60,661 nucleotides of DNA from a virus (Duplodnaviria; Caudoviricetes), in the IMG/VR virus record IMGVR_UViG_3300027659_000037, positions 1 to 60,661 of that record. One strand, written 5' to 3'. Shown here piece after piece: positions 24,810-34,037 of the stretch (position 1 is the stretch's first letter; each line of letters opens with the position of its first letter). A program made the position numbers and the translations under genes. Below the pieces are notes generated by a model. The model did no database searches and was not told where the DNA came from. It saw nothing but the letters and a program-made list of their open reading frames with translations.

Positions 24810-25724
24810 ATGAGTAAATATATTCTTGCAGGATTCGAGAGCGAAGAACTTGAGCAAAAGATTAAAGAGCATCAAGCGTTCGCGCTGATGCGTGAGTTGT
24901 GTTTCAAGTATAACTTAAAAGTCATGTGTACGACCGAGTATCACCACGGTACGGCGTTTCAGATGTGCCACACCAATGGCATGGCGGTGGGCAAAGTGTT
25001 TGCTCAAACCATAGAGGATGGCAAGCTGGAGTATTGCTATCGCACACCATACTACAAGAAAGAGCGTGGCAGTAGTGAGGAGGACAAGGAGACACTACGT
25101 AGCGTCAAAGTATCTTCATTGATGTCTAGCATCAAGCGAGTCAAAGCAATCATTGATATACCTAAATTACTCGACAAGAAGATGGGCAAGCTTAGCGATG
25201 CGAAAGACATCATGGAGAAAGCGATGGGCACTAGCTACAAGTCCAGTAGTGAATTTGCAGCTAACGAGATACAAGCGTTGCTCTGTGCGTTTCTAGGGGA
25301 AACTCCTAATGGAAATCACCTGACAATCGACACACTTAAATGTAAAAAGGTACTTGACAAATACAATGAAGCTGATAGAGTAGCGAGCAAGAAGTTAGAA
25401 GAACTTGATCGGTTTTTTAGCAATCCTTTCTACATGATAGGTGCAGATAGTTTCGGTCATTTCATAGTTGGCAAAGTCAAAATCACAGGGGGAAAACAGT
25501 ATGAAATCGTTGAGCAGTTTAAGCGTTATGCAGACATCACCGAGCGTGATGATCTTATCCCTGTGATGACCATGACCAAGCTTGCGCATGAGGGTAAGGG
25601 ACATCGTTCGCAAAACGGTTACATCCCTGTGATTGATACGTATGACGAGAATCTTGACGCAGTGTTCTTCTATCATAACCAAGCCACACATTACGACTAC
25701 GTATGGATGGCAACCCCATGCTGA
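24810..25724 (+). CDS. Hypothetical protein
   Basis: 304-aa ORF; GGGGAG RBS. Confidence 0.75.
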   Translation: MSKYILAGFESEELEQKIKEHQAFALMRELCFKYNLKVMCTTEYHHGTAFQMCHTNGMAVGKVFAQTIEDGKLEYCYRTPYYKKERGSSEEDKETLRSVKVSSLMSSIKRVKAIIDIPKLLDKKMGKLSDAKDIMEKAMGTSYKSSSEFAANEIQALLCAFLGETPNGNHLTIDTLKCKKVLDKYNEADRVASKKLEELDRFFSNPFYMIGADSFGHFIVGKVKITGGKQYEIVEQFKRYADITERDDLIPVMTMTKLAHEGKGHRSQNGYIPVIDTYDENLDAVFFYHNQATHYDYVWMATPC

Positions 25725-26068
25725 ATGAGAACTTTGCCCCAGTGACGCATAGTTGGAATCTAAATCTGGTACGTCTTCCGATGCGCCGTATTGACGATCA
25801 CTTCATTGTGTATGTCGCTGATGGGTATCACCGTAGGTATGACAAGGACACATTGCCCGATGACTTGAAGACCAAGTTGACAATGATTCTTGCAGTTGAA
25901 CACACAGTCATACCTGACCACAAGCTTTCAAAATTAGAGTTGTATAGCAACACTCAATGTCTTGAGCTTGACGAGATTGGATGGAGAGCGTCCGAGTCGT
26001 ACTACTGCATGGTGGTGACGTATGAGTCAATGATGGCTATGAGAGGAGAGAGCGATGGGGAAACTTAA
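25718..26068 (+). CDS. Hypothetical protein
   Basis: Coupled ORF. Confidence 0.65.
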   Translation: MLNENFAPVTHSWNLNLVRLPMRRIDDHFIVYVADGYHRRYDKDTLPDDLKTKLTMILAVEHTVIPDHKLSKLELYSNTQCLELDEIGWRASESYYCMVVTYESMMAMRGESDGET

Positions 26069-26333
26069 AGATTTGTTGGATTCGTGGAACGATGACGACT
26101 ATGTAAAAGTCTCTGATCCTCTTCCCGAAAACCTAGCCAAGTATTGGCAAAGCACGCAAGGGTTTGTGTTGATCGAGACGATGGACTTCCAACACCTTGA
26201 GAACGTCGTCAATTACTTTTCTCAGGAAGGTACGGTGGTTTATCCGAAGATGCAACCGTCATTCGAGAATGTGATGCTGACCTACTTGCGTAAGCAAGCA
26301 CAGATCAATGATGTCCACAAAGAGATTCTGTAA
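26055..26333 (+). CDS. Hypothetical protein
   Basis: WQSTQG..IETMDFQHLENVV motif; AGGAG RBS. Confidence 0.65.
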   Translation: MGKLKDLLDSWNDDDYVKVSDPLPENLAKYWQSTQGFVLIETMDFQHLENVVNYFSQEGTVVYPKMQPSFENVMLTYLRKQAQINDVHKEIL

Positions 26334-26344
26334 GGAGAACAAGC

Positions 26345-26638
26345 ATGGCTAACACACCCGAAGGCAAGGTTAAAACCAAGATTAGAAAGACCCTTAGCGC
26401 ACACGACTGCTATGTCACGATGCCGATTGGCACAGGGTTCGGTTGTGCGGGTGTGCCTGACTATCTTGTATGTATCAACGGACACTTTCTTGGTATTGAA
26501 GCGAAGGCGGGTAAGAACAAACCCACTGCTCTACAAGATCAACACATGACCAACATTCGTAGGTTCGGGGGCTACACCATAGTCGTGAACGAAGATAACT
26601 TTGATGAACTAGAGAAGCTGTTGAAGGATTTGTCATGA
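26345..26638 (+). CDS. VRR-NUC domain nuclease
   Basis: TPEGKVK...GVPD...GIEAKAG.NKPTALQ. Confidence 0.85.
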   Translation: MANTPEGKVKTKIRKTLSAHDCYVTMPIGTGFGCAGVPDYLVCINGHFLGIEAKAGKNKPTALQDQHMTNIRRFGGYTIVVNEDNFDELEKLLKDLS

Positions 26639-26745
26639 AAGTATTCTGGTGGACAGTCTTTGCACTGAATATGTTGACAGTCATCGTGACTGGGTTGGTT
26701 GTACTGGGCTGGTGGTTAGCGTCAGCATTACCAAGGAGTTTTTAA
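26635..26745 (+). CDS. 36-aa membrane peptide
   Basis: MKVFWWTVFALNMLTVIVTGLVVLGWWLASALPRSF; ATGA overlap. Confidence 0.45.
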   Translation: MKVFWWTVFALNMLTVIVTGLVVLGWWLASALPRSF

Positions 26746-26949
26746 ATGGATGAACAAGACAAAAGTAATTTGCGTGATCTACACGCAGGATTTGCAATGA
26801 TAGGTTTAATCATGAAAGGAGAAGCACCGCACGACATACCAATGAAGGCATATCTGTATGCCGATGAAATGCAAGAAGCCCGAGACCTGCATGGGGCAGG
26901 AATCGTATCAGTGAAACGCCGAACCAAGAAGGAGAAGGCAGATGAATAA
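26746..26949 (+). CDS. Hypothetical protein
   Basis: LRDLHAGFAMIGL...AYLYADEMQEAR motif, common in phages. Confidence 0.7.
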   Translation: MDEQDKSNLRDLHAGFAMIGLIMKGEAPHDIPMKAYLYADEMQEARDLHGAGIVSVKRRTKKEKADE

Positions 26950-27478
26950 ATCAGCGAAAGTAAGGATGCTGTTGCGTAGGAATCCAAACACCAAAGCAGG
27001 GGCAGTCGTCGAGACACTTGACTGCACCATGCAACAAGCCTATGTCATGTTAAACACACAGAGGAAGGCAATGGGGATTTACAAAAGCGCAGACGGCACA
27101 TTTAAAAATCCGCCCTCAAACGGAACACTAAATAAAAATTCAATCCTTGCACAGGGTGTATCTTTAGGACGCGCTATTCAAAGAGGAATGGACGACGGGT
27201 CGCTACAGAAACGTGCAGACGAAAACTTTGTACCCTTTACTGGTGAGATCACGATGGAGGAGCCGCCCACAACCAATCCTGACCCAGTGAATCATCCCTA
27301 TCATTACAAGGTGGGTGGCATCGAGACTATCGACTTCATCGAGGGAAAGAATCTTGGCTATAACCTTGGCAATGCGGTGAAGTACATCAGCAGAGCAGAC
27401 CACAAGGGCAACAGACTGCAAGACTTACAGAAGGCTCAGTGGTATCTCAACAGAGAGATCAACAAAGCACAGGCTTGA
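26942..27478 (+). CDS. DUF3310 (SaV / T7 gp1.7-like) domain protein
   Basis: DPVNHPYHY..GGIETIDFI...GNAVKYISRA.HKG...DLQKAQWYL. Confidence 0.85.
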   Translation: MNKSAKVRMLLRRNPNTKAGAVVETLDCTMQQAYVMLNTQRKAMGIYKSADGTFKNPPSNGTLNKNSILAQGVSLGRAIQRGMDDGSLQKRADENFVPFTGEITMEEPPTTNPDPVNHPYHYKVGGIETIDFIEGKNLGYNLGNAVKYISRADHKGNRLQDLQKAQWYLNREINKAQA

Positions 27479-27483
27479 TTCGT

Positions 27484-27509
27484 AGGCATGGTTCGCCATG
27501 CCTTTTTTT
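27484..27509 (+). terminator. Rho-independent terminator
   Basis: AGGCATGG-TTCG-CCATGCCT plus T run. Confidence 0.9.
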
Positions 27510-27558
27510 GACACTTTTGAAAACGTTATTTGATGCCAGTTATTTAAGGAGAGCAACG

Positions 27559-28023
27559 ATGCTGACAGGATTAGATATTTTGCTCGCACGAATGAAGACC
27601 CACCCCGAGGAGTTCCTACATACAAGCAAAGCTGTTCCCTATGAGGGAGAATTGTTTGGCGGGAAGTGGTCAGACCTACTTGACTACGTTTGGCGTGTTG
27701 CAACTGAGGAAGAACGAAAGGCTCTCGATGATGCCCGCAGGGAGTTCTACCGTGATGACTTTAACGAGCGAGTCATGAAGCGACTTGCAGGTGAAGAAGT
27801 GAAACAAGTAGAACAACCAAGTCCGTTTATCGTCAAACAACAAAGTGGTGGTTTTGCTGTTAGTGCTGGTGGTACTGGCGGTAGTGGTAGTGCTAAGTCA
27901 ATGTTGAGTCAACAGGGGGCGCAACAAGCAAGGGCAAGCTTAGCGCAGACAGGTGCGACTATTAGCACTGACTCAAGTTTTTGGAATGGCGTTATTACAT
28001 CAGGCAAGGGGCAGCTGTGGTGA
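27559..28023 (+). CDS. Hypothetical protein
   Basis: AAGGAG RBS before ATG 27559; GLDILLARMKTHPEEF. Confidence 0.7.
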   Translation: MLTGLDILLARMKTHPEEFLHTSKAVPYEGELFGGKWSDLLDYVWRVATEEERKALDDARREFYRDDFNERVMKRLAGEEVKQVEQPSPFIVKQQSGGFAVSAGGTGGSGSAKSMLSQQGAQQARASLAQTGATISTDSSFWNGVITSGKGQLW

Positions 28024-28256
28024 CGCCTAATAGTTTCGACATTGACACTTGCAAGGAAGTTGTAGGCGATGAGCGTATGCGAGTCATCGAAGCCAAGGCA
28101 CGGCAAGATGCTGACAACGGCATCATGGAGAAGTTTCAACCAGCAGAGGCTTATTGGGACAAGGTGAAGTCGATCATGGAACACGTTATATATACGACCG
28201 CACACAAGAAGCGGATGGAGCGTGTTGCAAGAATGAAGGAAAAGAATAATGCTTGA
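28020..28256 (+). CDS. Hypothetical protein
   Basis: GTGA overlap; start uncertain. Confidence 0.55.
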   Translation: MTPNSFDIDTCKEVVGDERMRVIEAKARQDADNGIMEKFQPAEAYWDKVKSIMEHVIYTTAHKKRMERVARMKEKNNA

Positions 28257-28431
28257 AGTCCACAACATCAACGGCAGGCTCACGACACGCGACGTTTGGT
28301 ACACAACCGATGACTACGGCACGTTATGGCGATTCGTTGTAACAGAAGGCGGTGTCAGATTTTGGTGGGATGCAATCCATGAGACAGCGATGATGAAGAT
28401 TCTTGGATACACAGATTGGAGTAGGACATGA
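28249..28431 (+). CDS. Hypothetical protein
   Basis: Coupled 60-aa ORF. Confidence 0.55.
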   Translation: MLEVHNINGRLTTRDVWYTTDDYGTLWRFVVTEGGVRFWWDAIHETAMMKILGYTDWSRT

Positions 28432-28589
28432 TGGATGAAAAGGCAATTCAAAAAGCGTGGAACATGATGTCCATGCACAACAGCGAACTGTTGCTTGAGA
28501 ACGAGCAGTTAAAGAAACAGCTTATGCGTCGGAGCTTGTGGTACGCAATCAAGCGAGCGATCAACATCTGGAGGGGTAAAGATGATTGA
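28428..28589 (+). CDS. Hypothetical protein (53 aa)
   Basis: MMDEKAIQKAWNMMSMHNSELLLENEQLKKQL..., read by hand. Confidence 0.5.
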   Translation: MMDEKAIQKAWNMMSMHNSELLLENEQLKKQLMRRSLWYAIKRAINIWRGKDD

Positions 28590-28755
28590 AGCAATCAGAA
28601 CATTCTTTGGCAAGCTACGTGGTGAGCGTGGTGAGCGCAGGACTGTCATCGCAGAAGGGATGCTCTACCGATGCACCAAGTGCCATCTAATTTTTACAAC
28701 CAAATCCGCAGGGGAACAGCATGACTGTAAAGAAACATGGCGGGGCGAGAGCTAA
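28582..28755 (+). CDS. Small zinc-finger protein (57 aa)
   Basis: YRCTKCHLIFTTKSAGEQHDC, read by hand. Confidence 0.5.
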   Translation: MIEAIRTFFGKLRGERGERRTVIAEGMLYRCTKCHLIFTTKSAGEQHDCKETWRGES

Positions 28756-28930
28756 CTCAGGTAGGAAACTACCTGCTGTTGATGAGCGTAGGGCTTTCAG
28801 TTTGTATGCGCAGGGTGTACCCAAAAAAGTAATTGCGGATAGGTTTGGGATTGCGTACAAGTCGATGTTGACAATATTCAGAAAAGCAGGAAAGCTTATA
28901 AGAAAGGGAAAAAATGAAAACGATCGTTGA
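28721..28930 (+). CDS. Small HTH DNA-binding protein
   Basis: HGGARANSGRK followed by LYAQGVPKKVIADRFGIAYKSM. Confidence 0.65.
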   Translation: MTVKKHGGARANSGRKLPAVDERRAFSLYAQGVPKKVIADRFGIAYKSMLTIFRKAGKLIRKGKNENDR

Positions 28931-30056
28931 ATGGTTTAAATCATTATGGGCTAGGCTTACCAAACCAAAAGCAGTCGAGGTTAAGGCTGAGGTAGAAAGC
29001 TCACCAGTCAAGCCTGTTGCAAGTGCGCCCAAGCGAGCCTACAACAAGAACAAATCCAAGACGCTGTCGGAGTTGTTGGACAATCTCGACTACTCGTTTG
29101 ATGCGATGCGTATTGACTACGAAGACATGTCATTTTTACCCAAGCGAGAGGTAGACGGACTCAAGAAATTTGGTGTGTCTGTCATGCCCAGTTTCGCACG
29201 ACAAGCGTTAGAAAAAGATATAGAAAACTACACCGACAAAGTTAACAAAGAAGCTGGGTTACCCGCAATTTTATTTATTGCTGACAACATGGGTGAGAAG
29301 CATTCAGAAGATAAAGATGGTATGTACCCTGATTTTTTCTTTGCCATCAAGCAGAAGAAGTGTCCGTGGTTTGTGGCTAAGAAAAAGGGAACAGCATATC
29401 AATGTGGGTTTGGGTATCGCTCAAGGGAAAGAAAAAAAATTTATTGGGTGTATTTTTTTGTGACCATAGATGCCAACGGAACAGTTAACACAACACACCA
29501 GCTACATCATAAGCCCGTAAAAACACCGAGTGGCGCATACACCCGCAAGCAGTGGCAGATGTCAAGCTGGGACGAAGATAACAAGGACATCACAGACAAA
29601 GCAGTATGTTTTTGGGTTACCGAACACTTTAATTTTTGGGGCGAGAGGCGCAACATGTGGTCAACGACTGTCAAGAAAGATGGGCATAGAGCAGTCTTTT
29701 ACATTGACCCCAAAGACACCAAAGATTATTTTAAAAACCGTGACAAGGTAGTCACCGTGAACGGTGCGTCCAAGCGAATCATTCATCTTGTAGAAGAACA
29801 TGAGCGCAACTATTCAAACGGCAAGAGAACAAAGATACGAGAACACATCAGAGGTCTTAGTGTCTTCAGTTGGAATAATTATTCCTGTTATGTAACTGCC
29901 CCTGAGTACCATACGGACATCCGCACCTACACCACCCCTTCAGAAGAAATTGAAGACGACACACCCTACAGAGATCAGTATCTTGATTTACCTCAGTTAG
30001 CAGACAGACTACACAACATTGCTGGAAAGAAAGCAAATGAGCTTAATCACGCTTGA
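28914..30056 (+). CDS. Hypothetical protein
   Basis: 380 aa; C-terminal HLVEEHER...IREHIRG His-rich motif. Confidence 0.75.
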   Translation: MKTIVEWFKSLWARLTKPKAVEVKAEVESSPVKPVASAPKRAYNKNKSKTLSELLDNLDYSFDAMRIDYEDMSFLPKREVDGLKKFGVSVMPSFARQALEKDIENYTDKVNKEAGLPAILFIADNMGEKHSEDKDGMYPDFFFAIKQKKCPWFVAKKKGTAYQCGFGYRSRERKKIYWVYFFVTIDANGTVNTTHQLHHKPVKTPSGAYTRKQWQMSSWDEDNKDITDKAVCFWVTEHFNFWGERRNMWSTTVKKDGHRAVFYIDPKDTKDYFKNRDKVVTVNGASKRIIHLVEEHERNYSNGKRTKIREHIRGLSVFSWNNYSCYVTAPEYHTDIRTYTTPSEEIEDDTPYRDQYLDLPQLADRLHNIAGKKANELNHA

Positions 30057-31914
30057 CTTTGAATCCTATTACACCAAGGGCTTGGGCTTCAGAACCCAAA
30101 CCACTGAGGAGTATGTACGTGATCGTCGCTTCGAGGTCATCGGCGTAGGTGTGAAGATTGACGACCAACCGACGACATGGTTCTCAGGAACACATGCTGA
30201 GATAAAAGAACATCTAAAGAAGATCGACTGGAGTGAGGCGGCCCTGCTTGCGCACAACACGCTCTTCGATGGATGTATTCTTTCTTGGCACTTCGACTGT
30301 CACCCTGCCTACCTATTCGATACCTTGTGCATGGCGAGGGCGATACACGGCGTTGATGCAGGGGGTTCGCTTAAGGCATTGGCTCTGCGTTACGAGCTAG
30401 GCGTTAAGGGCGATGAGGTAATACACGCTGAGGGTAAGAAACGGCTCGACTTCACTGAAGAAGAACTCTACCGATATGGTGAGTATTGCAAGAACGACGT
30501 GGAACTTACGCTAAGCCTTTTCCAAGTTCTTGCGAGCGCGTTTCCGCAGAATGAATTAAATCTGATTGACATGACATTGAAGATGTTCACTGAACCTGTA
30601 TTCCATGTGGACGATGTGTTGCTCCAAGACCGACTGATTGAACTCAGAGAAGAGAAGATGGCGTTGCTTCAGACATTGATGGAACAACTCAAATGCAAGG
30701 ACGAGGAAGCAGTTCGCAAGAAGCTGGCAAGTGGCAAGCAGTTCGCTGCTATCTTGACTGAACACAACATCGAAGTACCGATGAAACCAAGTAAGGGTAA
30801 GAAATCCAAAGGGGAGATGACTTATGCGTTGGCTAAAAATGATGAAGGTTTTCTGGCGTTGGCTGAAAGCGATGACGAGTTCATTCAACAACTCTGCGCT
30901 GTCCGACTCGGCACAATGTCCACCCTCGAAGAATCCCGCATTCAACGTTTCATCGACACGGGCAAACGTAACAAGGGACGACTTCCCATTCCTCTCAAGT
31001 ATTATGGCGCTCACACTGGCAGATGGGCTGGCTCTGATAAGGTCAATTTCCAGAATCTCCCAAGTCGAGATAAGAAAAAGAAAACCCTCAAGAACGCAGT
31101 TATCCCACCTGACGACTATGTTGTCATCAACTGCGACTCGTCCCAGATTGAAGCTCGTATCCTCGTTTGGTTGGCAGGGCAGGAAGATGTCGTCGAGCAG
31201 TTTCGCAAAGGAGAGGACGTCTACTCCGTCTTTGCCACCAAGATATATGACCGTCCGATCTCAAAGGCAGATCCTGTGGAACGGTTCGTTGGTAAAACCT
31301 GTATTTTGGGTTTAGGCTATGGGACTGGTGCGTTAAAACTTCAGCACACGCTAAAGACAAGTCCTCCCGGGGCAATCGTCACTGAGGTAGAAGCTAAAAG
31401 TTATGTTGATACATACCGAGAAACCAACGACAAAGTGATTGAGCTTTGGCGTGAGGGTGACAGGGTCATCAAGACCTTGGTTGACTGGCCTGAGGGCAAG
31501 AAGCCGTTCTACTACGGCAAGAACAAATGCTTGGAAGTGCATCCTGAGGGAATCAAACTGCCCAACGGCCTAATGATTCGTTACCCCGAGCTTCACCTCA
31601 ACACTGAAGAATCTAAAAGCCAATACGTGTACAAGTCACGTAAGGGGCCAGTGTCATTGTGGGGCGGCTCGTTGGTGGAAAACGTAGTTCAAGCGTTGGC
31701 AAGGATTGTCGTTGGCGAGCAGATGCTTGAAATACAGAAGCGCCACCGCGTTGCTTTAACAGTTCATGATGCGGCTGTCATCTTAGTTCCTGAGTCAGAG
31801 AAGGACGAGGCGATGAAGTATGTGATCGAGTGCATGTCTGTACCACCCGAATGGGCTAGGGGTTTACCCGTGGCCTGTGAGGCGAAGTATGGACATAGCT
31901 ACGGGGAGTGTTAA
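30037..31914 (+). CDS. polA: DNA polymerase family A with 3'-5' exonuclease
   Basis: Exo DFES, AHNTLFD, YCKNDV; HTGRWAG..NFQNLP; motif A DSSQIEAR; motif B KTCILGLGYG; motif C TVHD. Confidence 0.92.
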   Translation: MSLITLDFESYYTKGLGFRTQTTEEYVRDRRFEVIGVGVKIDDQPTTWFSGTHAEIKEHLKKIDWSEAALLAHNTLFDGCILSWHFDCHPAYLFDTLCMARAIHGVDAGGSLKALALRYELGVKGDEVIHAEGKKRLDFTEEELYRYGEYCKNDVELTLSLFQVLASAFPQNELNLIDMTLKMFTEPVFHVDDVLLQDRLIELREEKMALLQTLMEQLKCKDEEAVRKKLASGKQFAAILTEHNIEVPMKPSKGKKSKGEMTYALAKNDEGFLALAESDDEFIQQLCAVRLGTMSTLEESRIQRFIDTGKRNKGRLPIPLKYYGAHTGRWAGSDKVNFQNLPSRDKKKKTLKNAVIPPDDYVVINCDSSQIEARILVWLAGQEDVVEQFRKGEDVYSVFATKIYDRPISKADPVERFVGKTCILGLGYGTGALKLQHTLKTSPPGAIVTEVEAKSYVDTYRETNDKVIELWREGDRVIKTLVDWPEGKKPFYYGKNKCLEVHPEGIKLPNGLMIRYPELHLNTEESKSQYVYKSRKGPVSLWGGSLVENVVQALARIVVGEQMLEIQKRHRVALTVHDAAVILVPESEKDEAMKYVIECMSVPPEWARGLPVACEAKYGHSYGEC

Positions 31915-31917
31915 GAT

Positions 31918-32112
31918 ATGTCAAGTGTACAAAGACTTATGATTGAGCGGGTTGAGGGTGGGTGGAGGTTGTCTTTCGAGGGGCATAGCCCCTATCCTGA
32001 GAATCCGTACGAAGTATGGTGGCCTGCTTTGCGCAAACATCCTGATGGGACAACATGGGGTAGCACCTTAACCAAAGAAGAAGTGTTGGCACGACTGGAG
32101 AAAGAACTATGA
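31918..32112 (+). CDS. Hypothetical protein
   Basis: GGGGAG RBS. Confidence 0.55.
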   Translation: MSSVQRLMIERVEGGWRLSFEGHSPYPENPYEVWWPALRKHPDGTTWGSTLTKEEVLARLEKEL

Positions 32113-32507
32113 ACGAAACATGGAAACATGAAATAGACAAGGTCTATATGTCTGACGTAATTTGCTTGGAAAAAGAAACTGTTGAGAAAATAGAAGATGG
32201 ACACAGGATGGGCGCTATCTTTAGCAGAAACCCTAGTGAAGGTTCAGTGGTGTTTCATTCCGAGAGTGTTGTTAAAGATTTGAAGTGGGAAGTGACGCAA
32301 AAGGATACGGAAATATACAGACTCAAAGCAGAGCAAGATGAGATTTATGGGTTGCTTGGGTCAGCACATCTTGAACTGCGACAGAACCTTGAGTACGGAT
32401 TCAACCGCAACACAATCAAGTCAACGCTTATCAGCATAGGTCGATACGCACCCAAGCTGAAAGCAAAGATGGATGAGTTGCAAGCCAAGATGGGGGACAA
32501 GCTATGA
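32109..32507 (+). CDS. Hypothetical protein
   Basis: Coupled ORF with coiled-coil. Confidence 0.6.
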   Translation: MNETWKHEIDKVYMSDVICLEKETVEKIEDGHRMGAIFSRNPSEGSVVFHSESVVKDLKWEVTQKDTEIYRLKAEQDEIYGLLGSAHLELRQNLEYGFNRNTIKSTLISIGRYAPKLKAKMDELQAKMGDKL

Positions 32508-32965
32508 CTGAGTTCAACGACACCGAGCGTATGAGTAGCGTCAAGCAAGAAGCGGTGAGGGCGGCAGTAAACATAAAAGAAGAGTTGACCAAGCTCATTG
32601 CCGACAGCTATGACCAAGGGGTTAAAGACGCATTGGAAGTAGCTCGCAATGCAGCCATCGAAGAAGTGGCACAGCACATTGAAAAGATGCGAGTCTTTGG
32701 CAATGACACGATCAGTAGTTTTGCAATCTATATAAGGGAAATGAAGAAATGCCCTGAGCATGAGCAATCAATTTTGAATTTGGAGTTGAGCGCCCGCGCA
32801 ACAAATGTTTTGAGAGCAGAAAATATTCAAACGATTGGGCAACTGATTGGGCGTTTAAAAGACTGTGACTACTATCTTTCTAAACTGTGTAACTGCGGCA
32901 AAGTCACTGAACACGAGATCAAAAACGCTCTTAAAGAACGTGGACTTTCATGGGGACAGACATGA
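32504..32965 (+). CDS. RNA polymerase alpha-subunit CTD-like domain protein
   Basis: SILNLELSARATNVLRAENIQTIGQL...LSKLCNCGKVTEHEIKNALKERGL matches the RpoA CTD pattern. Confidence 0.8.
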   Translation: MTEFNDTERMSSVKQEAVRAAVNIKEELTKLIADSYDQGVKDALEVARNAAIEEVAQHIEKMRVFGNDTISSFAIYIREMKKCPEHEQSILNLELSARATNVLRAENIQTIGQLIGRLKDCDYYLSKLCNCGKVTEHEIKNALKERGLSWGQT

Positions 32966-33615
32966 GTTATACATGGTCGTTTTCATCATACAAGCAGTAC
33001 GTCAACTGCCCCAAGCAGTACCAAGAAATCAAGGTGCTGAAGCGTTTCTTTGTGAAGCCGACGCAGGAGATGACCTACGGCAACGAGGTACACAAAGCGC
33101 TTGAGCATTACGTCAAGGACGGCACTCCCCTTGCCAAGAACTACGAACGATTCAAAGCGCTGATGGACACACTGATGGAGATTGATGGTGAGAAACATCC
33201 AGAACTGAGGATGGCTCTTGACCGTGACGGCAACGCTAGCGAGTACGGCAAAGGATACTGGGTGCGGGGTATCGTGGACTTGCTCATTTTGGACGACGAC
33301 CTTGCGCACATCCTTGACTACAAGACAGGCAGTAGCAAGTACCCTGATACAAAACAGTTAAAGCTGATGGCACTGATGACCTTTGCTAAGTTTCCTCAGA
33401 TCATGCGAGTCAAGGCTGGCTTGCTGTTCGTGATGCACGATGGGTTCGTCACTGAGGAGTACACCCGAGATCAGATTCCTGCACTGTGGGATGCGTTCAA
33501 GTCTGATCTTGCACGGATGGATGGTTCATACGAAAATGATGTCTGGAACCCAAACCCTACACCCCTGTGCGGCTGGTGTCCTGTGACAACCTGTGACTTT
33601 CATAAAGGACGCTGA
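32962..33615 (+). CDS. PD-(D/E)XK Cas4/RecB-like exonuclease
   Basis: WSFSS..CPKQY, GNEVH, RGIVD, DYKTG, QLKL, CGWCP..C. Confidence 0.85.
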   Translation: MSYTWSFSSYKQYVNCPKQYQEIKVLKRFFVKPTQEMTYGNEVHKALEHYVKDGTPLAKNYERFKALMDTLMEIDGEKHPELRMALDRDGNASEYGKGYWVRGIVDLLILDDDLAHILDYKTGSSKYPDTKQLKLMALMTFAKFPQIMRVKAGLLFVMHDGFVTEEYTRDQIPALWDAFKSDLARMDGSYENDVWNPNPTPLCGWCPVTTCDFHKGR

Positions 33616-33617
33616 CC

Positions 33618-33872
33618 ATGCCGTACGAGAACAAACCAAGACCATACAAAAAAGAATATGAACAACAAAAAGACAGAGGCGAGTTACCTAACCGGATGGA
33701 GCGCCAACGCGCCCGAAGAAAACTTGATGCTGAGGGTGTTAGCCGCAAGGGAAAAGATGTTGCGCACGTCAAGGCTTTATCTAAAGGTGGATCAAACAAA
33801 GACGGAGTCCGACTTGAAGCACCAAGCAAGAACCGATCGTTTAAGAGAAAGTCAGACGGTTCAATGAAGTAA
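33618..33872 (+). CDS. Small HNH-like protein
   Basis: GKDVAHVKALSKGGSN...NRS. Confidence 0.65.
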   Translation: MPYENKPRPYKKEYEQQKDRGELPNRMERQRARRKLDAEGVSRKGKDVAHVKALSKGGSNKDGVRLEAPSKNRSFKRKSDGSMK

Positions 33873-33874
33873 TA

Positions 33875-34013
33875 GTCATCGCGTTAAGGCATGAGTGTGC
33901 GGTGACGGGGGTTTAGTTAACCCCCTCTTAACCATGTCAGTCAAGCGGTGTTTTCGAGGTCTCTCTCTCCTTTCGCACGTCGGGCTTGACCGATTGACCC
34001 CCGTAAGGGGTCA
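33875..34013 (+). ncRNA. Candidate structured ncRNA (four stems, two pseudoknot pairings)
   Basis: Fully intergenic; see the matching finding for pairings. Confidence 0.5.
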
Positions 34014-34037
34014 CAGTTTCATTCAGTAAAGGGTAGT

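Noticed and set aside
27108-27125. Further copy of the TTCCGTC-N4-GACGGAA palindrome
   Set aside because: Three mismatches; could be chance.
33618-33872. Mobile homing endonuclease or intron
   Set aside because: Short free-standing HNH-like gene; the flanking genes are intact and no intron core is visible.
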